From the sequence record NC_047885.1: DNA of 64,000 nucleotides. One strand, written 5' to 3'. Positions 56,899 through 64,000 of this stretch are shown piece after piece. The stretch comes from Escherichia phage chee24. Position numbers and translations under genes: made by a program. How positions within the stretch are numbered: position 1 is the stretch's first letter; every line of letters starts with the position of its first letter. The notes under the pieces are model-generated. The model saw only the letters and a program-made list of their open reading frames with translations. It was not told the origin of the DNA and ran no database searches.

Positions 56899-57738
56899 GT
56901 GAGGAATTGTACAGTGCGTAGATTAATTATTATCAGTGGTGCAGGTTTGAGTGTTGAAAGTGGTGTACGAGCCTTCCGTACTGATACTGCTAGTGGTAAA
57001 GCATTGTGGGATGATTATGACTTAGAAGAGGTATGTAATATTCATGCCTTTCGTGGTAACTTTTATCATAAAACCCATATGTTTTACAACAAGCGACGTG
57101 AAGAGCTAGAAACTGTTGAACCTAACCTTGCGCATCTTCGTATTGGTGAGTGGTATAAGAAATATCCGGGTCAAGTAGTAAATTTGACTACTAACGTTGA
57201 TGACCTTATTGAGCGTGCTGGTGTTCCCCATAATGATATTCTCCACATTCATGGATACTTAAAGGAGGTTGTTGTAGCTGATAGCTATAATAGTAGCAAT
57301 AAACGAGTTATTGATGTTGGGTATAGCTCTATTGACCCAGATGATTATAAATGGGTTAAACCTAATGTAATCTTCTTTGGTGAGCATGCTCCAGCGTACG
57401 CAGAAATGTACAATATTTTTGATGGTATTACTAGTCAAGATATGATCGTTGTAGTTGGTTGCTCTAACCAAGTAATTAATTTCTACTGGGAATTATTTCC
57501 TATTCTTAACCGTACTGCTGCGAAACTTATGGTGGTTAACTACTACGATAGTGCCCTAGCGGCAGAACCAGGCTATCAAGGTATGACTCGTAGTGATATG
57601 TACCAGTTGGAAGATCGTGGTATTCCTTACTGGAGTAAAGGTGCGGTAGATGCTTTCAGTGATCCTGGTTTTATTGCTCGTGTAGAAGCTCATCTAGAGG
57701 GTAGACCTTATATGCCGGGAAAACAAATATGTCCATAG
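56899..57738 (+). CDS. Sir2-family NAD-dependent deacetylase/ADP-ribosyltransferase-like protein
   Basis: 279 aa; N-terminal Rossmann motif GAGLSVESGVRAFR matches sirtuin GAGIS.ESG..FR; true start may be GTG at 56914 (RBS GAGGAA). Confidence 0.7.
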   Translation: MRNCTVRRLIIISGAGLSVESGVRAFRTDTASGKALWDDYDLEEVCNIHAFRGNFYHKTHMFYNKRREELETVEPNLAHLRIGEWYKKYPGQVVNLTTNVDDLIERAGVPHNDILHIHGYLKEVVVADSYNSSNKRVIDVGYSSIDPDDYKWVKPNVIFFGEHAPAYAEMYNIFDGITSQDMIVVVGCSNQVINFYWELFPILNRTAAKLMVVNYYDSALAAEPGYQGMTRSDMYQLEDRGIPYWSKGAVDAFSDPGFIARVEAHLEGRPYMPGKQICP

Positions 57739-57897
57739 TTAAATCTGTATATACACATCCCGATGATATATTTGTATGGGCGGATGGTAGTTGGTGCTAT
57801 CGATGTGAGCTATGGGAAATGGACTATAAATCCGATGACTATGGTGTCATATATGTTGATACGGTTGAGTATGATACGTTCTTAGAAAGGGACAAAA

Positions 57898-58404
57898 ATG
57901 GAAATAAGTAATACTCCAATTATTTTTCTAGATATTGATGGGGTGCTCAACTCTAGCATCTCCCATCACCATGCACCTGATGATGAGAAGATTTTCTTCG
58001 GAAGTGACTGGGTTTTTAAGCCGCTTCTCAAGGCTTTTCAGGACTTTATTCGTCCTTCTCCAATAATGATTGTTGGGGTATCTTCATGGTTCTCTGTCAG
58101 GAATGAGATGGAGAACGTTCAGATTATGACCGGATTAGATCTTATCGATCGTTTTCTTGGTACAACGGATTTTACTGGTGGTGGGCTATCTAGGGGTAAT
58201 TCTGTTCTTCGCTTCGTTGAAAAGCATAAGCTCAAACATTGGTGTGTGCTGGATGACGCTGGTGCTATGATGTATCAGTATCCAACGGTTATAGTCAACG
58301 GTAGAACTGGAATAAATCTTCAAGATTTAAGAGCTGTTAGCTATATGTTAGAATTTAGTCCAGATCTTGAAATGTGTAAAGCCCTACAACAATTTAAGGT
58401 GTAA
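57898..58404 (+). CDS. HAD-superfamily phosphatase-like protein
   Basis: 168 aa; N-terminal motif IIFLDIDGVLN (DxDG) and C-terminal WCVLDD. Confidence 0.6.
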   Translation: MEISNTPIIFLDIDGVLNSSISHHHAPDDEKIFFGSDWVFKPLLKAFQDFIRPSPIMIVGVSSWFSVRNEMENVQIMTGLDLIDRFLGTTDFTGGGLSRGNSVLRFVEKHKLKHWCVLDDAGAMMYQYPTVIVNGRTGINLQDLRAVSYMLEFSPDLEMCKALQQFKV

Positions 58405-58406
58405 AT

Positions 58407-58835
58407 ATGTTCAATAATGTATTTTCTAAAGAAGCTAACCCAATATTGGTTAATTTTTGGCGTACTCTTCCAGCCAATCTGTACAATGAGGCTATTAACT
58501 CCTTGAAAATATGGTGTGAGAATAACGAAATCTCCTTTGCTTTTAAAGATGATATTGATGAGGCTCCCTGTATTGGTTTAATTGTTCAGGTAGAGGAGGG
58601 TCTTGAAGAAATTGTCGGTTGGAAAGAGTTAGATGAAATGGGCTTAGTTTTTGCGTTAAACTATAAGCTGTTTATGCCTGCTAAGCATCGCCTCGTTGTT
58701 AACTATAAAACTAGTGAATCTCCTGGTTTTCAGGTTAATGAACGTTATGGTTGGTCTTACTCACCGGAAGAAGTAAATGAGGGGATTCAGAAACTTCGAC
58801 ATTTCGGGTATATGATCCCAGGTTTAACTGCTTAA
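58407..58835 (+). CDS. hypothetical protein, paralog A (142 aa)
   Basis: ORF; shares DDxPCIG, ELxxMGLxxALN, YxPGL motifs with the next ORF. Confidence 0.55.
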   Translation: MFNNVFSKEANPILVNFWRTLPANLYNEAINSLKIWCENNEISFAFKDDIDEAPCIGLIVQVEEGLEEIVGWKELDEMGLVFALNYKLFMPAKHRLVVNYKTSESPGFQVNERYGWSYSPEEVNEGIQKLRHFGYMIPGLTA

Positions 58836-58844
58836 GGAGGCAGA

Positions 58845-59237
58845 ATGGAACAAGTATATTGGCGTCAGATTGACCCTAGTTTGGTGAAACGTGCGGAGAA
58901 GCTGCTACAACGTTGGTTGGGGGTAAGACAAGTCTCCTTCACTTTTCCGGAGCAGCAAACGGATGATCCATGCATTGGCGTTTTCCTGTCTGGATATGCC
59001 GGGGAATGGGAATTGGATTGGAATGAATTGTCTGCTATGGGCTTGATTGTTGCCCTAAACTTCTCTTTGTTCCATCCACGTGGTTTGGCCATATGTCGTG
59101 TGCCTGATGATGGTTGTTCGCCCCATCTTTTACAGGTGGAAGATGATATTTGGGAGTACACTCCAGATATTCTCACAGAAGCTAAAGAACAATTAAATCG
59201 TGTTGGGATTTATGTTCCGGGCTTAAATGATGAATGA
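58845..59237 (+). CDS. hypothetical protein, paralog B (130 aa)
   Basis: ORF with AAGGAGG RBS; paralog of 58407-58835. Confidence 0.55.
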   Translation: MEQVYWRQIDPSLVKRAEKLLQRWLGVRQVSFTFPEQQTDDPCIGVFLSGYAGEWELDWNELSAMGLIVALNFSLFHPRGLAICRVPDDGCSPHLLQVEDDIWEYTPDILTEAKEQLNRVGIYVPGLNDE

Positions 59238-59328
59238 TTTTTATTAGCTGAACTCTGATTACCGAGTCATTTTGGCTCGGTTTTATCCGTACTCAAGACC
59301 AATGATAGCACCATCCGGAAAATTTTAC

Positions 59329-59357
59329 TTGCATGATGCCCAAAATCTTGATATAAT
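59329..59357 (+). promoter_or_regulatory. sigma70 promoter (TTGCAT-N17-TATAAT)
   Basis: Starts a 500-nt ORF-poor leader upstream of the helicase-like gene. Confidence 0.55.
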
Positions 59358-59856
59358 ATTTATATTGAATTGAGAGACATTAGTAAAAATTGATTTTGCT
59401 AATTTTTCTTGTTTACAATCCGCGATACGGAACAGTTAGGCTGCCCCATTAAGGGTTGTTTTAACTGTTACGTGTTAGTTTTTAAACAAATAGTTAATAG
59501 AATACTTAGCGATCTGCGTCCCGTAGGAACCCTGGTAAGGCCTCGAAGCAACCTAGATAGAGGTGGTTGTGAAGTGAGACGGGAGGAGTGAAAAACTCCG
59601 AGACGTGATTCTGTAAGTTATATTGCATCTAGTATGAGCTAGTATATGAAGCATTAGGTGAGCAAATCTGGCTTAGCGGCCATCCTCAAGGATTTGTGCG
59701 GTATAGCAAAGCAGCAGCGCAGCGTGAAAGTGGAAGTTGCCACCCCACTTCAGTATTTGCGATTAATTTGTTGAGAAATTGACAGTAACAGTTGTTCTAT
59801 TCTTTCTGAATAGTCCTAAAGAAAACTTATTTCATTTCCAACACAGGAGTATTGTT

Positions 59857-62646
59857 GTGTTTTCAATCCTACAAGGTCATGCAGGATTTCATCGCGATTT
59901 AGCCACAGGCAATTGGCGAGAAGTTAAAGCAGAAGATTATCTTTTTGCTAAAAGATTTTCCTCAAAGCATCCTGAAGGTAAACCAGCTTCAATGCCCTTC
60001 AAGTTTGATGTAATTGACGAAGTTGATCCTCAAACCCTAGTAGAAATGCTTCCTCTTATGAGACGTTTAACGTCTGACCCTCATATCGTTGCGGTACGAG
60101 GTCGATGTCTTGCACCTAAAAATAATGTGCGACGTAAGAAGGGCAACTTTAATGTATCTAATCCAAGTCATATAATCGCAATGGATGTGGATGGTATTGT
60201 AGATACAGGAGGTTGTAACAAGTTTGATCTTGTTGGCATGGCGCGTCATATTATTAGGATGTTGAATAGTATTAGTGAGGATATGTTTCCTCTTGATGCA
60301 GGGTTTATTGCTCATGCATCATCTTCGGCTGGACTAAAACCAGGTATCCGAATGCACTTAATACTAGAATCTAATGTTAAAGTTACACAGGGCCAGATCA
60401 AGTTCTTATTTACATCTATCAACGAAAGTAGTAGACAAAAGTATGGTTTTGATATTGCCGACTTAGCTTATTACTCTTCCGTACAGCTCCACTATTTTGC
60501 AGATCCTTTATTTACTGATGGTATAGTTGATCCGTTTAAAGCGGAGAGTGCTTCACGTCTGGTATTTGTTAAAGGCTCAAAAGTAAATTTACCTAATAAT
60601 CTAGTTGACTATGAAACAACTAGAGGAGAGTTTAAAGAGGAATTCTACTCTTTACTCGATCAAATTAAAGGTAAAAAAGCTGCCTCTGATAAAGTAGAGG
60701 AAACTATCAGTGAGCTAGAAGAGGCTGATGATGGGGTATACTTACGTATTATTCCAAAGCTATATCACCGAGCGTTAGAGGATGGGGTAGATTTTGGTTG
60801 GCTAGAGAAAGAAATCCGCCCAGCTTTATCAGAATATATTGCAACTAAAGATAATAGCCGTAATATTCAGGATTATTTCAATAACGGACGGAAGCAGGCA
60901 TTAAAAGCCTTTGTGAATAACTCTAAGCGTGAGATCCCTGAAGTATTAAAAGGTATCCCCCTTAAAAAGCTAGAAACTAACTCACTAGAGACCGACAACT
61001 TCTTGAAATTAAATACTGTACCACCAGAAGGCTATATGACTTTTGTAAAAGCAAGTCTAGGTACAGGTAAAACCACGGCTGTTGTTCGTTGGCTGGATTC
61101 AGGGGTTATTAAAGGTAATTTCTTAGCAATTACCAATACTAGGGCACTAGTGTCTTCAAATGCTAAGAAATTTAGCGCAGGTCAATATGATAAATCTGTA
61201 GATATGCTCAACTTTAAACGTGGGGCTATTGATCGTATGTCCACAACCATTCACTCTTTGCATAAGTTTAAGAGTTTTATTGGTCAAATTGATGCAATCT
61301 TTATAGATGAATGTGATGCAGTAATGAATGACCTATTATTCGCCCCGGTTGTTAAGCAACGTCGCGAGTGTATTCAGGTTCTTCGAGATATTCTTGCAAC
61401 TGCAAAAATAATTATATTATCTGATGGAGATATTAGTGCAGAAACAATTGAAGCATATGGTTCTTTGATTGAGTTTGATAAACCAGTTGCATTTTACAAT
61501 CACCACCGTAAAATGTTATCAAAGGCTCATGCTTATGAGTTTCCTGATGAATCCAGTATTTGGGTTGCACTTCAAACATCACTAGAGATGGGTGAGAAAT
61601 CTATTCTAGTATCTGATTGTGGCCCTGATGAGCTGAATGAGAAGGGTATGGCACTACGTCGTAATACTGGTGCGTTAGTTAAGGAAATCCATTCAAACTC
61701 TACCTCAGATGTGGATATTCGACGTATTCTGGATTATACAACTAATGAGCTAATTGATCAACAAATTGATTGCTTATTATGTAGTCCATCCGTAACGAGT
61801 GGTGTTGACTTCAACTATTTTGATAACGTATTCGTTATTACTAGAACCAGTAATCAAGCGCCAAACATGCGTTTTCAAGCAATCAGGCGCGACCGTGGTG
61901 CTCAGAACATCTATTATTTTATTGATAAATCCACTAGTGGATTCTCCGCAGGTTCTGAACAATATAATATTGATGAAGGTTGGCTGGAGTTAGCACAGCA
62001 ATTATACGCACGTCGCAGGGAGCTGGAATCTAGAAACTATACTAGTACCTTACGTTATTACTTGCTTGATCAGGGTGCAACTATTGATATTTTCAGCGAA
62101 AGCTGGGGAACTATTGAAGGTGCTGGTAAAGAGTACACAGAAGAGCGAATCAAAGCTATTCTACATTCAACCCCGGATTATTGTGCTCCACGTCATGCGG
62201 ATGCGTATGAAGCTAAACTACTTCTTGTTCGCTATTATCATCTTGAGTCTATTAAAGATGTAACAGTTGAGCATGTTGAACAATATATCAAAGATAAACC
62301 GAATGATCGAGCTGCATTCTTCCATAAGATGCACGAGATGTTCTGGGAAGATATTAAGAAGTGTTCAAATATAACCATTAAACCATTCATAGAAGCTCTA
62401 AAAGGTAAGAAAAAGGACTTCTTCCTTAAAACAGGTCAGAGTGCTAACCCAAAATATGCTAGAATGTATCTTGGTATGATGGGTATCGGTAAGGATATGA
62501 ACACTGAAAATATCGTAGACTGGTATAGAACCTACTGCAAAATCGAGTGTATGCCAATTCCTTATAAGTTCATGACTGATGAGGAAAAACATATGCACGA
62601 TGAAGCAATGTCAGAACTAGGTGCTAGAAATGACAGTGAAGAATAA
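59857..62646 (+). CDS. P-loop NTPase/helicase-like protein (candidate replication origin-binding helicase)
   Basis: GTG start with AGGAG RBS inside track ORF 59779-62646; Walker A GTGKTT and Walker B FIDECD in central region. Confidence 0.65.
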   Translation: MFSILQGHAGFHRDLATGNWREVKAEDYLFAKRFSSKHPEGKPASMPFKFDVIDEVDPQTLVEMLPLMRRLTSDPHIVAVRGRCLAPKNNVRRKKGNFNVSNPSHIIAMDVDGIVDTGGCNKFDLVGMARHIIRMLNSISEDMFPLDAGFIAHASSSAGLKPGIRMHLILESNVKVTQGQIKFLFTSINESSRQKYGFDIADLAYYSSVQLHYFADPLFTDGIVDPFKAESASRLVFVKGSKVNLPNNLVDYETTRGEFKEEFYSLLDQIKGKKAASDKVEETISELEEADDGVYLRIIPKLYHRALEDGVDFGWLEKEIRPALSEYIATKDNSRNIQDYFNNGRKQALKAFVNNSKREIPEVLKGIPLKKLETNSLETDNFLKLNTVPPEGYMTFVKASLGTGKTTAVVRWLDSGVIKGNFLAITNTRALVSSNAKKFSAGQYDKSVDMLNFKRGAIDRMSTTIHSLHKFKSFIGQIDAIFIDECDAVMNDLLFAPVVKQRRECIQVLRDILATAKIIILSDGDISAETIEAYGSLIEFDKPVAFYNHHRKMLSKAHAYEFPDESSIWVALQTSLEMGEKSILVSDCGPDELNEKGMALRRNTGALVKEIHSNSTSDVDIRRILDYTTNELIDQQIDCLLCSPSVTSGVDFNYFDNVFVITRTSNQAPNMRFQAIRRDRGAQNIYYFIDKSTSGFSAGSEQYNIDEGWLELAQQLYARRRELESRNYTSTLRYYLLDQGATIDIFSESWGTIEGAGKEYTEERIKAILHSTPDYCAPRHADAYEAKLLLVRYYHLESIKDVTVEHVEQYIKDKPNDRAAFFHKMHEMFWEDIKKCSNITIKPFIEALKGKKKDFFLKTGQSANPKYARMYLGMMGIGKDMNTENIVDWYRTYCKIECMPIPYKFMTDEEKHMHDEAMSELGARNDSEE

Positions 62647-62863
62647 AAAATGGGAAACAAGGAAGTTTCCAGTGAAAGAGCGTAAAGTTCCTGTTTATGA
62701 TACTTCGGAAAAGCTATGTAGGGTGGTACCACATAGATTAGCTGGTATCCCTAACATATCCGAGTGGTTACTTAAACAACGGAGGACTAACGTATCTCTT
62801 CGCATAGGGTTTGAGTTAGATAAAGTATATGCTGAACTTTCTTCTTTGCTCAAGGAATCGTAA
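62621..62863 (+). CDS. hypothetical protein (80 aa)
   Basis: ORF overlapping end of helicase-like gene. Confidence 0.4.
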   Translation: MLEMTVKNKKWETRKFPVKERKVPVYDTSEKLCRVVPHRLAGIPNISEWLLKQRRTNVSLRIGFELDKVYAELSSLLKES

Positions 62864-62871
62864 AAATTTAT

Positions 62872-62900
62872 TTGCTTTCAGGAAAATTTTTCTGTATAAT
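62872..62900 (+). promoter_or_regulatory. sigma70 promoter (TTGCTT-N17-TATAAT)
   Basis: Near-identical to promoter at 56202-56230 including flanking AAAATTTATTTGCTTTCAG. Confidence 0.6.
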
Positions 62901-62931
62901 AGATTCATAAATTTGAGAGAGGAGTTTAAAT

Positions 62932-63636
62932 ATGGCTGGTTCTCGCAGAAAGAAACATATCCATGAAATCCCTGATGAAGTCTTTAAAAAAGTTATAGAG
63001 CATCTGGAGAACGGTGGTACCAAGAAAGCAGCTTGTGAAATGCTCGGCGTATCATCCAATCCAACTATGGAAAGGATGATTGAAGAATGGCAAGATCGCC
63101 AAATTCAAGTTGCCGAGATGAAGAAAAAGAAACGTGGTACACTCATTGAAGGTATTGAGTTGGCCAACGTTATTGAACAGTATCTATCTGGCGATTCTTT
63201 TGAAGAGATTGCCGATCGTAATTACCGCTCTGTAGCAATGGTTAAATCTGTTCTGGAACGATATGGTGCTCTACTTCGTTTGAACGATATTGTAGACCCA
63301 TTGAATCCTCCAATTATCCCTGACGATGCTGTAGCAGAAGAATTTGAAGTTGGAGAACTAGTTTGGGTTCCTGGATACCAGTGTATCGGTGAAATCAAAA
63401 AAGCAATGGATAATCCTGTTGGTTGTTATCGAGTCTGGTTACTATCGGAAGGAAAACAACAGAACGTTCATTATATGAATTACGAGCTGGCTTCTGTTAA
63501 ACATCTGGAAAAGTTAGGGGTTGACGTAAAATCTCTGGGGTACAAGTGGACTCGTGAAGAAGTTATTACGTTGATTAATGAAGCTGTTAAGGCTGCCTTG
63601 AAACTTGATAAAGAAAAAGGAAAACGCCGTGAGTAG
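62932..63636 (+). CDS. putative DNA-binding protein with helix-turn-helix (234 aa)
   Basis: ORF with GAGAGGAG RBS; HTH-like segment KKAACEMLGVSSNPTMERMI; promoter at 62872-62900. Confidence 0.55.
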   Translation: MAGSRRKKHIHEIPDEVFKKVIEHLENGGTKKAACEMLGVSSNPTMERMIEEWQDRQIQVAEMKKKKRGTLIEGIELANVIEQYLSGDSFEEIADRNYRSVAMVKSVLERYGALLRLNDIVDPLNPPIIPDDAVAEEFEVGELVWVPGYQCIGEIKKAMDNPVGCYRVWLLSEGKQQNVHYMNYELASVKHLEKLGVDVKSLGYKWTREEVITLINEAVKAALKLDKEKGKRRE

Positions 63637-63880
63637 ACTAACTGATTTACTTAAAGATGGAGAAGTAAAAACTCTGTATCGTAGAAGCTGGGATAATGAT
63701 AATAATGGCTTAGTGTTACTAACTTTAGATGCTGACTCGGATGTAGCTACTCAGCATACCTGGGTAGCCGGTAACTATCCATATAGCGAGGTTGTTTCAT
63801 TAACAGTATGCGAAGCTATTGCAGACGATTGGGAGGTTGCCAGCATCGAGGATATGCTCGCTGTTGGCCTGGTGGAGTAA
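63605..63880 (+). CDS. hypothetical protein (91 aa)
   Basis: ORF overlapping upstream gene end. Confidence 0.45.
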   Translation: MIKKKENAVSRLTDLLKDGEVKTLYRRSWDNDNNGLVLLTLDADSDVATQHTWVAGNYPYSEVVSLTVCEAIADDWEVASIEDMLAVGLVE

Positions 63881-63897
63881 CTACTTAAAAATTTCAG

Positions 63898-63926
63898 TTG
63901 CTTAATCCTATAATTCTTGATATAAT
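63898..63926 (+). promoter_or_regulatory. sigma70 promoter (TTGCTT-N17-TATAAT)
   Basis: Upstream of ATG at about 63984, start of a gene running off the window. Confidence 0.55.
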
Positions 63927-64000
63927 ATTCTCATAGTTTGAAAGAACTATTCTGTTTAATTCTTAATTAAGGAAATATAAAATATGACTACTCCAACTCA

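Noticed and set aside
59409-59591. 60-aa plus-strand ORF in the helicase leader
   Set aside because: No RBS; lies in a structured GC-rich leader more consistent with non-coding RNA or origin.

Overview
By hand annotation, this 64-kb window reads as the left arm of a T5-like (Tequintavirus-type) lytic phage genome; no search or tRNA-scanning tool was run. Positions 1-5200 hold a leftward pre-early block (Dmp-like 5'-deoxyribonucleotidase, A1-like metallophosphatase, A2-like protein). Positions 5370-10700 are a repeat-dense non-coding zone (DnaA-box clusters, a 16-bp palindrome present twice in inverted orientation, AT-rich repeats, eight 14-bp iterons, AACCGCC repeats) that encloses a rightward cassette of small unknown ORFs at 6095-9108. 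Positions 10788-53923 are a long leftward early region driven by many near-consensus sigma70 promoters. It carries two metallophosphatases, a thioredoxin-like protein, an L-Ala-D-Glu peptidase endolysin with a holin candidate, a ClpP-like peptidase, a dNMP kinase, a GrcA-like glycyl-radical protein, a T5orf172-type protein, RNase H, thymidylate synthase, DHFR, NrdB/NrdA and PhoH. A leftward array of about 24 tRNA genes plus degenerate tRNA-like elements lies at 28028-37490, with two more at 41021-41670. Positions 54285-63880 are rightward: NrdD, a Sir2-like protein, a HAD phosphatase, a tandem paralog pair and a 929-aa P-loop helicase-like protein. Most worth follow-up are the repeat-rich boundary zone, a divergent three-gene low-complexity operon (38295-39917), the Sir2/HAD/paralog module, atypical tRNAs, and several ORF-free structured regions. 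Coordinates derived by hand may be off by 1-2 nt; around 14220 the printed sequence and the ORF track disagree by one base.
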